DNA from: Nemertoderma westbladi
Taxonomy: Eukaryota > Animalia > Xenacoelomorpha
Direction: 5' to 3'
NCBI GenBank assembly: GCA_032718475.1
Contig: JAUCBJ010004582.1
Coordinates: 1-53,557 of the forward strand
Length of the DNA: 53,557 nt
Shown: piece by piece, positions 11,360 through 24,029 of the stretch
Numbering within the stretch: the first letter of the stretch is position 1
Layout: every line of letters starts with the position of its first letter
The notes under the pieces: model-generated
Told to the model about the DNA's origin: nothing
The model's database searches: none
What the model saw: only the letters and a program-made list of their open reading frames with translations
Program-made: the position numbers and the translations under genes

Positions 11360-12632
11360 GGTGATATAAACATCGTTACCTTAAAACATAACTTATCAAC
11401 GAAAAACTACAATAACATATTACACACATACGGGTTTCAACAGATAATTAAGCAGGCAACGAGAATCACTCTATATTCAAAATCACTGATCGACCACAAA
11501 TATTACACATATTACCGACAAGTTCGTTTCCGCCGGAGTTTTCCTGACTCAAATAGGTACCACGGATCACTTGGCCACCTTTATTTTAATTAATGATTTT
11601 GATTCCTACCTAACCTCATCTGAACCAAAACGTACTACATTCGATTACACAAAATTCAACCAAAAAAGTTTTTTATCGGATCTTCAAAACAAAAATAACT
11701 GGACTTATAACGAAGATTTAATAGCAAAAAGGAAGATAAATTTTCAATTTTTTATGAAAACTTCAACTCATTGTGCACTAAACACTTACCAAAAAAGGAA
11801 ATTAAAACAAAATTCATTCCCAAAAAGCCATGGATGACCACAAATCTAGTAAAATGTGTAATAAAAAAAAATAATTTATACGCTGCGTTAATGTCAAACC
11901 CATCTAACTTAAAATTATCGCAATACTCCTGCTATAGAAATAAATTAACAAAAACTCTTCGTGCTGCAGAAAAAAACTTTTATGAAAATGAATTTATTAA
12001 AAACAGAAATAGCTCGAAAAAAACGTGGAAAACCATAAACTCAGCTCTACATCGATCAAAAATTTATCTAGCCCAATCAAAATCAAAACAGACCCATCCG
12101 GTACAACCACGAGTGATAGTGCATTAATTGCCGATATTTTTAATTCTCATTTTTCATCTATAGGACTTCAACTTGCCGACAAAATTCCAAAATCTAATAG
12201 ACAACCAACTCGCCTCATTAAAAATAGTAAATATAATTCCTTTTCTCTTTTAGAACCATGTGAAATAGAAATTGTTTATTTTTTACTTGACATAGACAAT
12301 AATGTATCTACTTATGATGAATTTCCCGTTTCACTGGTTAAATTAGCAGCACACATAATAGCTCCACACCTCACATATTTAATTAAATTATCTATTTTAA
12401 ATGGATTTTATCCGCAAATTCTAAAAAAGGCTAAAATAATACCTATTTATAAGTCAGGTGATCCGACAGACAAAAAAAATTACCGTCCAATTTCAATTTT
12501 ACCAATCTTCAGTAAAATCTATGAAAGACTAATTAATACTCAATTAATGGCATACTTAAATAAATATTCCCTACTTTCTTCAGCTCAACACGGATTCCGT
12601 AAACAAATTACCACTACTGACGCCATACTAAC
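11360..12632 (+). pseudogene. LINE-B endonuclease C-terminus and RT N-terminus
   Basis: GDINI, TRIT..SKSLIDH, KPWMT, AKIIPIYKSGD, NYRPISILP and QHGFRK, with several frameshifts. Confidence 0.9.
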
Positions 12633-13794
12633 TGTAAAGGCTTTTGCGGAATTAGCCGGTTATTTTCCCCGTAAAGTACTCTGTAGTTGGTTTAACAGGC
12701 ATAAAAGGCCGTGTCCTTACTGTACTGGTGTTTTAGAGGACATAAAAGCCATTTCTTCTGTATGTGTACTTTAGCGGACATAATTAGCAATTCTATGACG
12801 CAATACGCCAGATCCTCTTGAAACAGTGTAGCTACCATGACGACGGCTAACAGCTGATGCTGTACACGTGGAGCTTTTTCTTTGTTCTCTGTTCCTTCTT
12901 TGTTCGGTCGACCAATCAGAGCGTTTTTTGCCTCTGCGTTAGAGATTGTATATAGAAACTCGTGGAGTTGAGTCAGTATGTGATTTTGTCCACAGCCTAC
13001 AACACCGGCTTTGGAACCTCCGTGTTTCAGTCTTTATCCCAACATTAGTAGGCTTAATTATAGAACGTATATCTGTTATCATACCAAATCATAACGAAAC
13101 TGCATTCATAACCATTCACACCTTAAACTTTGTACTGCTATTTACTGTCGGTTATTCATTATATTTGTTGATGGAATATTATATTTGGAATACTGATAAA
13201 TAACCAGACACCCCAATCTTCTTGATATACTAAAGGTTAGAGAGACCGGTTACATATAACGATTGCGACTTACATTAAGTGGTTTGAAGTGAATCTAATG
13301 CTATTTTATAGGCCCTACATGTATTGTCTGTTGTTCTCTTTATATGTGACTAAAATTAGTGAAGGTCGGCAGATCAGTGTGCAGCATTGTGCAGTATTGT
13401 GTATGATTGTGACTGATAACAAAGCATCTCCTAAAGAATGCGCCATATACGTGAATCTATAGCCATCCTGTTGTGTCTAGTTTAAGTCATAACTCTGTTT
13501 ACATATTTAGAGCGCCACGTCCTAAAGGAACTGTTAATATTTCCCGAAAGTGAATAATATTTGTCAGAGATTATATATTACGATCAGTCGAATAATACAG
13601 TAGGCCTACCCCGCAATACGGTTAGGCTTCCGAATCCAGTCTCCCGGGTATATCCAGCGGGTGAATGATCGCGCATAGACTGGCTTCGGCTAATGTAGTG
13701 TATCAAATACTTGTCATAGGCTAAAGACGATCTATCATCTAAAAGACATCCCAATTTGGCAGGTTAAACTGCTAAAGGTCTGAAAGCTCGAACA
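12633..13794 (+). repeat. 5' LTR (1162 bp)
   Basis: TGTAAAGG...GAACA, a direct repeat of 24030-25191 with about 5 mismatches found by eye. Confidence 0.95.
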
Positions 13795-14116
13795 ATAACA
13801 GATATATACGTACAATCAGAAGATATAGTTGTATATTGTTCTGGTAAGAACAATAACAGATATAGCTTCTGTATTGCGGTAGGCAATAAAGCTGAAGTAC
13901 CGGTCAACCGGTACCTAGTAGGCCTGACTACCTAACCACCCGGACCGGTACCTACAGCAGTATTATTCGATTTTGATAATTATATACCGGTAGGCCTTAA
14001 TAATTAATCAGGGACTGCAGCCCTGGTTTTTTATTGAGATTTTACTTATTTCTGTCAGTTTTATTTACTTGTAGGTTAATATTGAGCAGAAGATGTGTAA
14101 GCCTGCCCAGATTGTA

Positions 14117-14685
14117 CAGATAATTTGTAGGCTGGACAGTTGTCTGACTGTTGTTAAGTCTGAGGGGACTGTAGTGTGTGTAGAGTGTATGTCCGATAAA
14201 TTGATAGTTAGGAAAGTAGGGGCTGCCAGTGCTGTGAGGTGAACCCCCTCGAAAGAATAAGTCGTACTACTCGGTTAGAACGCATACTAACTAACCATTT
14301 CGGAGTCTGCATATACTGTAGTTTATTTAGGCTTGATAGTAGTCTGCCAGCGTTTGGTCTGTACTTTGTTTGTGTAGTTTGTACGGGTAGCGTAACAGTT
14401 CTTATTTAGATAATTTGTAGGCTGGATTTTGTCTGGCTGTTGTTAGGTCTTGAGAGATTTCGGTGTGTGTAGAGTGTATGTCCGATAAAGTGCCAGTTGG
14501 GAACGTAGGGGCTTCCAGAGCTGTGAGGTAAACCCCCTCGAAAGAATAAGTTGTACTACTGGGTTAGAACGCATACTAACTAACCATTTCGGAGTCTGCA
14601 TATACCGTAGTTTGTTTGGGCTTGATAGTAGTCTGTCAGTATTTGGTCTGCATTTTGTTTGAGTAGTCTGTACGCGTAGCGTAAT
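14117..14685. repeat. Tandem duplication (~290 bp x2) in the BEL leader
   Basis: AGATAATTTGTAGGCTGGA...GTAGCGTAA occurs at ~14117-14395 and ~14408-14685. Confidence 0.85.
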
Positions 14686-15634
14686 ATTTATTATTCAGAG
14701 TTTATGCGATTATTCGCAACATTCATATCCCCAAGTTTATTCCTACAGTAATTGTGCTTGTTATATATACCGTTATAGTTAAACTAACCCCGGTACTACA
14801 TCAGGGCTGCTTGGCGTAGGTAAAGACTGGTGATTTTGTGCCCCGGTCACTCCAGCAGATACCGTGGTTCTTTTAGCTGTTCAAGTATTTTAACTACCGA
14901 TTATTTGTTGTATAAGTACTTGTACCTAATTTAGGGTTTAGTGTACAGTGCTTTCCGAAGGCAATTAGTGTGTAGGCAGTATATTTGTGTTGTAAAGTGG
15001 TTAATAGGCACGTTGGTTCTGGTAGACCGCGGTAATTAACTTCTAGGTAGGAACACTCCGTGATACATAACGTAGTACTTATAGCGCCACGGCTATAAGT
15101 CGTCAGACGGTGGTATTTTTCTATCTGGACAACGCAGTATATTTACTACTACTTATTATTTTCAAATACCGTAGTAACCTGTCCGTTGTAATAACCAGAT
15201 ATTCTAACCCTTTGTTAGGCTGGTTAGTAGACTTCTTGTAAAATTACCCTAAAAATTCGTACTTGTAATTTTTGTGTTTATTTACAGATTGTAATCTCAC
15301 CCAGAATTGTACGTAATTTGTAGTATTAAGTAACTTAGGTAAATTAGAATTATTTGTTTTAGTGTCGAACAAGTAACACTTCACTGAGAGCGCACAGCTT
15401 CTGTGTAGTGACTCCCCCCAGAAATTATAACATTTATTTCAAATATTGACAAAACCCATTAAAAACGGGTATATATATTATAAATCAACTCAAACGATTT
15501 ATAAATAGTAGGCCTGCCATACATCAATTAGGTCTAAATATCAGTTGGACTACTGCTTAAATAACGGTAATAAAGTAAGTTAAAGTAACCAAGTAACCCT
15601 TAAAATTCAGAAATTCAATTATTCTAAAATAATT

Positions 15635-16020
15635 GACATACCGGTATTTACAATAGGCTTATTACATTTATTTCTATAAATTTTAGGCTGAAATTATACC
15701 GGTATTCTGTAATTAATTCTAGTCTGTAATTATACTTATATATATACATTATAAGTGTAAGCTGTATACCGGTATTCACGATAGGCCTATTATATATTTA
15801 TAAATTTAGGCTGAAATTATACCGGTATTCTGTAATTAATTCTAGTTAATAATTATACTTATATATACTATAAGTGTAAACTGCATACCGGTATCCACGA
15901 TAGGCCTATTATATATTTATATATATTTGTGCTGGAATTATATACCGGTATTCTGTGACAAATCTAGTCTGTGACAATACTTATATATATACTATAAGCA
16001 TACCGGTATTCTAATATATT
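15635..16020. repeat. AT-rich ~122-bp tandem repeat carrying ATACCGGTAT palindromes
   Basis: TAGGCTGAAATTATACCGGTATTCTGTAATTAATTCTAG is repeated, with about 7 TACCGGTA palindromes in the interval. Confidence 0.8.
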
Positions 16021-16145
16021 ATATATATATTACGCTACACTGAGTAGCAGTATCGGTAATTAATTACTAGGCTAACGGTGATACTGAATTACTAGACTTG
16101 CTTAAACTGTAATATAGCAGTAGGCATTCAACTGTACAAACCAAC

Positions 16146-19100
16146 ATGTCTGACACAAAGCAAAACCTGTCAGACAGTCTCCTAGATACAACCATATGTG
16201 ACCCAGACAGGAGTGTGGAATGTGTGGGACCGAAGTTCACCTCACATCCTACTGTAAGAAAGATTATCCCTCCAGTAGTAATATCAGACCCTAGGCTAGT
16301 CCAACATCGTAGGTCTATCATAGGCACTCGAGCTCAGGTCAAGCGGGACCTTGAAGCAGCAGAACAGCAACTACCCGCGAGCCGAGAACTTATTTCTCAG
16401 CGGCCCGACAGCTCCAGTAGTGCGGATACTGTAGAGCTGACACCCGAGCACGGAGCAAAGATGACAGATGCGGTTTATTCGGACCCCCTTCTCATCCTTC
16501 CTGCAGCCGTACTCACTAGGTTATTGATTGCGGTGGAAGAACACCAGATCGATTGGGCGAGAAATAAGCGATCGACTAAAGATAGTTATGCGGGATACAC
16601 AAGGGAAGAACTGAAGTCTATTGTCGAGTCGCAATGAAACTTCCCCGGACCCGGACTCCCGTTTGATTTATCAGTAGCTGCCTGGGAAGACATACACAGG
16701 ATGGGAGTAACCAAGGAAACCATCGATCCAGCTGTGTGGAAGAGGTCCGCAGCAGGATACGTACAGGGATTCTTCAGCTCCATGGAGCGATTAGAAGAAC
16801 AACTGTTTCAACAACCCCAAGGACCTCAAGAGCAGGGACAGCTGCTTTATCAAGTTAGAGAAAGAATTCTACGAATCAGGCTAATCTTATCGGCCTTTGA
16901 GGAGGCTTCTAAAAGAAGGCAGGACACGTCGTTGCAAGTTGCCGTAAAGACTTGGTTTCAACGGGTGAGTCTCCAGGTTCAAGGAACGGCTCAGTGGAAA
17001 GTTCAACTGGATGAGCGCTCAACCCATGGAGAATCAACAGACGCTACATTTTCCCAAGTGGAAAGTGAAGCGACAGCAGAGAAACCGCATAAGAGGGATG
17101 CTATTGACATCTATCTGTCGGACTATCAACGTTTTGTAGGAGATGAAGAGTTGAGGAGAAGACTAGAGGGACTTAGCCCTAATAGTGAAGGAGCCAAGCT
17201 TGTGTTGGACGCAATCGATGTGGATAGGTTAGCTGCGAACCAAGCTAAATTCAATGAAAGCATCTGCATCGCTAAGGTTCAAGAAGAACAAGTAAAGAAA
17301 AAACGTATAGAAGATAGAAAGACAGCGGCAGTGGCAGCAGCAGTGGCAGCGGCAGAAGCGGAAAGAAAAGCGGCAGCAGCAGTGGCAGCGGCAGAAGCGG
17401 AAAGAAAAGCGGCAGTGGCAGTGGCAGCGGCCGAAGCGGAAAGAAAAGCGGCAGTGGCAGCCGCAGAGGCAGTGGCAGAAGCAGAATGGAGGGCATCTGA
17501 AGAGACAACCCAACTAGAGTTGGAAAATCTTCAAGAGAGGCAAGACAACTTCAATAAACAGTTAACAGCTAGTAATATGCAGATGATGAGTCGATCTACT
17601 CCCAAAAGGCAGGGATATACATCATCTGAGGAAGGCGATACAACTGATGCTGAAGGCGGAGGAAATAGATCTCGTCTAAGCAGACGTAGAAGAATATCCC
17701 ACCGTCAGAAATTGCCTGATTTGCCCCCAGCTGTTAGAAGGCAACTAACTGACACAAACTTAGGTAGTACAGAACCCACAGACCAAATAATTAATATAGA
17801 AAGACTCCCTACTATAGTAGATGAGCCTGAAATAATTAGGCCTGTTCTCGAAGCCACCCCTTCGGTGATAGAGACACCTGTACTCCCTGAACCTACCTCT
17901 AAATTCCCTCTGCACAGCACGAAGCTACCTGTGCCCCACAGAACCACTCCTGAAATTGTTCATGTCCTGGACTCCGAGCGAAATATTCATGACTTGTCGC
18001 CCGTTGTCCCTCGTCCGCCCGCTACAACGTTGGCGCCTCCCGCTTCGGCGGTCGAGTGGGTAGATGAGGGACGACGGGAGATGGGTCTCCTGCTCGGGCA
18101 ACTGAGGGAACACGGAACGGTGTTCCTCTCAGCAAGTCCAGGAGATGGAGGGGACTGTGCAGCAGTTAAAGGGAACAGTTAGAGAGAGTAGGTTAGAGTT
18201 GCAAGAAGTGCAGCAAAGTATCGCGTTAGAACGCAATAAATTAGTAAATACACAAAAGGGTATACCACCACCCCCTGTAACAATGTGTTAACCTGTTAGG
18301 TCTGAAGTATTTCATGCGCAAGGTGTGGAGCCTACACGCATCTATACTGCTAGCGAAGTGGAAACTCCTATAGTAAACCCTATTAAGGGTAATTATAAAC
18401 CTGTTGACAATGATATTCCATATAGACTTGATAATAATCCGAGAAATTTATATACCGATAACTCGATATTAAATAACACGATGGCCCAAGAAAGTTTTAC
18501 GCGTCAAATGGCTAGAACCGAAGCCTGTCAAGCGGTAAAGGTGGGAGAGATCGTCAAGTTCAATGGAGATGAGATGAAATGGTTACCTTTTAATGAATAT
18601 TACAAAGATAACGTACAGAACTCTGTGCTATCTAACGGAGAGAAACTTAGATTCCTTATTGAGTGCTTGGAAGGATCTCCCAAGTTAATGGCGTTAAAGT
18701 TTATTGGACATCCAGATGGATTAAGACAAGTTTGGGATACACTGAACATCAGGTATGGTAATAGGACTAACATAGCTAGGTATTTATATGCGAAATTAAT
18801 GGCGCCCCGAAAGTTTCTTAGCAGCGGGATTATAGAGTTTTCCGACGAGATTCAGGAGATCTGTAGACAACTAGATTGGTTAGGTAAGTCTCATGAATAC
18901 CAGAATTCTATGGTTGTAGGAGCCTTAGCATCTAATTTGCCCAAGGGCGGAGTAGGTACACGCTGGGACAAGACAGTGTTATATATGATGGAACAACAAC
19001 GAAGAGATCCTACCATGGCTGATCTCATGTCATTCTTAGATGGAGAGGTAAAATTACAGCTCCTAAAGCAGTCCAGAGAGAAGACACCGGAAAACAAGGT

Positions 19101-20778
19101 AAGTGAGAAACCCGTTTCTAGGAGAAAGGTAATACCAGTGTGTTATACAGACGACGGCGAAAGCCAGGCTTCTCAAGAGGAAGACAGTGGGAAAGACACT
19201 GAAAGATCTTACTATGACAACAAAGCGCCTAAGGACGTAAGTAAATTCAAGTCTCGAACCAATGACAGGAGAGAACAGGTAAGAAAAACTCCTCCTACGT
19301 CTCCTAAGAGAATTCATGTAAGAAAGCCCAAAGAAAGAACGAGTGTGCACAACGTTACTCAAAGTAAGGTAAGTAACATCAAACCAAAATGTGTGCTGTG
19401 CGACGGGCCCCACCGTTTAAGTGCGTGTGATGAATTCCTGAGGAAATCACTAAAGGACAGACGTGAAGTCATGTGGGATAAGCGGTTGTGTTATAATTGC
19501 CTCAGACGAGGACACCAACGGCAAACCTGTTACTCCGACGCAAGGTGTGCAAAGTGCGGCGCAAAAAGTCACGTAAGTGAGTCCGAACTACATGTCCAAT
19601 TCAGTGATGTGAACGACACTGACCAAAGTTCTGAGATGGAAGGATTCTATACGGATGAATTCTCCGACGAAAATGAATCCTGTTACATGATAAATACCGC
19701 AGTGTATCGAGCACTTACGTATGAAAAAGACACAGACAGCGACCTCACCCTAACTACTTCTGACCGACAACCATCTTGGAAAGCGCCAACTTCCAATGTA
19801 GGAATCCAAGAATTTCCTGTAGTACAGTTAAGGGTCCACGGACCTAAAAGGAGTTATATAGTGAACGCCCTCCTTGACTCCGGTAGCACAGGAACATTCA
19901 TCGACAAAGAACTAGCCGAAGACATCTTTGCTGGACAACCCAAGTTCCGAACTAAGCTAAACATGTCAGGAATTATGCAGGTTTGGAAATCTACCGTAAT
20001 AGCGGATTATTATGTAGGCGCGTTGTCCACCCCCCAGGATGAAGTAGGAGAACACAGCATAAGGTCAGTAAAAATGGTCGCGATAAAGAACTTCGCTACC
20101 AGCCAAGTGGAACCTTATAACTGGGATGAGGACGATTTCACCCAGCAGCTTGAAATACCTAGATTCAACACCGATTACCCTGGAGTCCAAATACTCATCG
20201 GTCAAAATGCGCATGAAGCGCTCAAGACATTGGAGAAACGGCCTGCTCAACCGCAACCACTACAAGCTTATGCGGGAAGAACTAGAGTGGGTTGGTACTT
20301 TACTGGCCCTTCCCGTAGAACTCTCATGGAAAGATTACCGAAAGATCAGGTATATCAATTAAGTGAACGGGAAGTGGAGAGCAGTGAAGTTGACGACCCA
20401 ACTGAGGGAACACCATACTCCTCAGATAATGACGATATCAACTCCAATGTAGATCAATGGAGACATTGCCCCGAGACGATTAATCTAGCCGACATTGCCT
20501 CCAGAGGAGCAACTCCTCAAGAACGGACAGATACTCCAGACTGGTTAGGTGAACCCGACTTCCTAAGTAAAGAAGATGAATGGCCTCCCCACCTTAACCC
20601 GGCTGAGATTAGACAGGCCAAGGGAGCGGAGAAAGTAACACAACCACTCAATCGCCCAGCTGGTCGTTTATGTTTACTGGAAAGAGACCGAAAACTGTCC
20701 GGAAACTATGGAAGGCAAGATACTCTTCCCACGACCACCTCCCTAATCCAACAAATATCTAGGGACTCCATAACGTAA
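16146..20778 (+). pseudogene. BEL Gag-protease polyprotein with a long N-terminal extension, fused to an RNase H C-terminal remnant
   Basis: ORFs 16146 and 16701 share a frame across one TGA, followed by a frameshift near 18120 and a TAA at ~18289. Motifs: FNGDEMKWLPF (DUF1759-like), CVLCDGPH..C, CYNCLRRGH..C, CAKC...H, protease LLDSGS, then WRHCPETINLADIASRG. Confidence 0.88.
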
Positions 20779-21329
20779 CAACATACGGAGTGGGTGTGTG
20801 ACTATATTATTTTATATTTATTTTATTATTTTATATTGTGTATGTATTATTATGTAATTTTGTTATAATCGTTTTCTTTAATTTTATTTAGTGGAATGTT
20901 GTTTTAGCGATTATTTGGTGGATTGGTGCAATATGTATTCGCGTTTATTACTTAATTACTTATATATTATATATTTAGTGCGACGGCGAGAAATAATTCT
21001 TTTTCTCTTTCCTTACTGTCCGTATTACATTATAAATACGTGACTACAGTAAGATGAAATATCCGTACTTATTAAAGTACAATAAAGCTCCTACTATATT
21101 CAAGTATTATTGGTAAGCAGAGTATTAGGAATGCAAAGTTCAGATCCTCGTGTCTCGGCTAAACCAAGCTCTGGGTAGACCTTGGAAACGACTTGCCTCT
21201 TCACACTGACATTGCTTCGTGCGATATTGCTCTCATACCGTATATTAAATAATACATATAGTAGCGTGATGTCCCTTTAACAGTAGCGTAAAACGCAAAA
21301 TAAATCTGTTAAACCCTTTGACCATCTGC

Positions 21330-21605
21330 AATTCTAGTCGATTAAGATATCGCGGCACCCACCGATATACTTGAAAGACAAAACTCTAGAATCAGTGGTT
21401 AACGTCCCCAGACTTGTTCTGGAATAAACTGGTGCCCATCCTAAATATTAATTATTAATATTTATAAAATCTGTCAAATTTTAGATCCTTTAAAATTCTA
21501 GTCTATTAAGATATCGTAGCACTTACCGATATTCTTAAAAAGATCAATTCCTAGAATCAAGGATCCCAGTCCCCAGACATGTTCTGGAATAAAATTGTGT
21601 CTATT
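21330..21605. repeat. Diverged direct duplication (~110 bp, ~164-bp spacing)
   Basis: AATTCTAGTC.ATTAAGATATCG...CTAGAATCA...GTCCCCAGAC.TGTTCTGGAATAAA occurs at ~21330 and ~21494. Confidence 0.8.
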
Positions 21606-22423
21606 TAATATTAAATAATAAAATTTACGGGAATAAATTTAAATTCATCTTTTAATGAATTTGATAAATTGTTATTTTATACAATTTATAATATTCCCAA
21701 AATTCCATTAATTAATAGATCATGGGAGCGGAGATTCATCTATTAAGTGTATTAGTGTGCGAGAATCCCCAATATAGAGTCAATAGCCGATAAAATTCAT
21801 AAAATCATATATAAAGATGATATTGACCATTAAAGACTTACTATTAAATAGCATCCCAGATCTGTATGCATGGGAATTACCCTAATTCTACCGCTAGCTT
21901 TCCATAATGTCACCATAGCAACAACCACGCTAGAATTAGAAGCGAGTTAACAGAACAATAAAAAAGCTTGCTCATTGAATAGCATACGGAATAAATAGCA
22001 CACCGCTAGTATCCAAGGATACATAATAACAACGTGACATTCTGGAAGGCACTTGACTAACGGACAAATGACCCGAATGTGTGATAGAATGTGTACCATT
22101 TGTGACAGTTACGTGGAATTTGTGCGTTTATAGATGAATGTTACTACTAAGGTGTGTTTACAGTAGCGAGTCGCAATTGTGAAAGTAGCCCTAACTCTCC
22201 AGTAAGAACCTGAAGTATATCTAAGCCTTTGGGACGGATGGTGGAGTGACTCGTGCTGGTTGTTGTAGTCGTTGTGCAGCTACGACGTTGGCGATAGGCA
22301 CATCGGCGAAAGTACACCAGCGCTGAGGATCTCGCACTGTCCGGGGGCAGAGAGGGGTAGGCAGCGACGCCCGCTCGCCTAAATATAAACTCATTATAAT
22401 ATGGATAAACTTATATAGCAGAT

Positions 22424-23951
22424 ATGATTGAGTTGATAGAAGATGATCCTGGTATCAGGGAGCGATATACTCTACCTTTACAAGCGTTTGTTGATAACTT
22501 GATACGCGGCGACGCTGGTCCAACTACTACGGAGGATGATGGTCGTTATATCTAACCGCCAATGTCCCGGGAGCAACTTGCGCGTGGGTTGGACTGTAGA
22601 AAATTCACCGCTCGCTATACGCATCGTAATGGTACGTATATGGACTTCTTAACTACTGGTCATCCTATCGACCTACACGATACGAACGATATAGACACCA
22701 AAAGGGAAACGGTTTTATTTAAATATCATACCCAGCGGAAGCGGAACGATAAACTGAGACTCGAACACGAAAATTCTATTCGAAACCGACTCGAAAGTGC
22801 AGATGTTGAAGAGCCGGATAAACGCAGCGACTTCACCAAATACCTGGAATTCTTGAGAGAAACCTATCTCGATATTACCAGTCAACAGAATCTGGAAACT
22901 CGATATCCTCAAGGTATACATCATGATCCTCATGATAGAACTCAAACGACTCTATTTCACTATGATGTATCTTACCGCCGATCGACCGCTACCTGTTGTA
23001 CCGGATAGCTTCGAACAGATGGAGGAATATTGTAAGCTGGAGAAAGATCACTCGCGTTTCCCCTACAAGACGTGCGTCTTTGGTATTATTGCGATGAATG
23101 CCCTAGACCCAACCAACAAACGGAAAGACCTAAACATCCGCGGAGACGTTGCACTAAACACGGTTTTACTCGCTATACTGGCGGGAGTTTCGAGCGAAAT
23201 TTGTTTGACGTATCACCTACGCTCGTTCGACTCAGACGATCCTTAAATAAACCAATGATCAGAGTTTCGGAATACTCGATCAGACCTCCTCATTCCCTAG
23301 TGAGACCTCAGACTCTTGATCCTATTAGTATGACGGATCCTCCCGAGCTGTACTCACTGTTCAAAGATCTAGTGTTACCTGAACAATTAGTCGGTGGCAC
23401 CCCGGTTGTGGGCTTCCTAGATATTAGCCCATCCTACCTAGCCGGATTGGGATGCGGACATTTAATATCGCCGTTTAACCCTTACCATCGTCCCGGCTTA
23501 ACACGATATAACCTGTCACCAAAGTGGCGGAGAGCGTTGTACCAAATGAGTGGGGTAGATGCTATTCTACAAAGATCAGAAAAGGAACTTACGCTTGTTC
23601 AGATAAACGTAAATTGCACTAGCAAGTCCAAGCGGTAAACAAAGTAACTTTATCTCAGTTCGATCGGGAAATCCAGAATCTCTAAGAAGTTATCGAACTT
23701 GGACGACCCTATTCTCTGCGAGAGTTTTTGGATGAACGTATCCAGCTACGAGCGGAGGAAAATCAGCTCGAGGAGAAGCATATCGAAACGGCGGATACCC
23801 CGACCATAATCCTACACCTTCTGATGCAATCATATTGCACCCTTCACCCAGGATTTATAGCCCTCCTAGTAAAGTGGCTCCCCCCAAAGAGAAAAGGACT
23901 CTTGCTAGCCTCAAAAAACTGCGTAAACGCCGTCCTCGTAAGAAAGACTAA
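22424..23951 (+). pseudogene. Decayed ~500-codon accessory ORF of unknown function at the env position
   Basis: Overlapping ORF pieces chain from ATG 22424 (MIELIEDDP) to ...LKKLRKRRPRKKD* via single stops and frameshifts, ending just before the PPT and 3' LTR. Confidence 0.6.
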
Positions 23952-24029
23952 CTGTTTAGAGTATTTTTATATTTTAGAAACTGTGATTTGTTATATTTTA
24001 TAGACTTAAATCCCATTTTCTGGGAGCGG

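Noticed and set aside
12946-13203. 85-aa hydrophobic ORF duplicated at 24343-24600
   Set aside because: It lies inside the LTRs, so the duplication is explained by LTR identity. The start codons differ and no motif was recognised.
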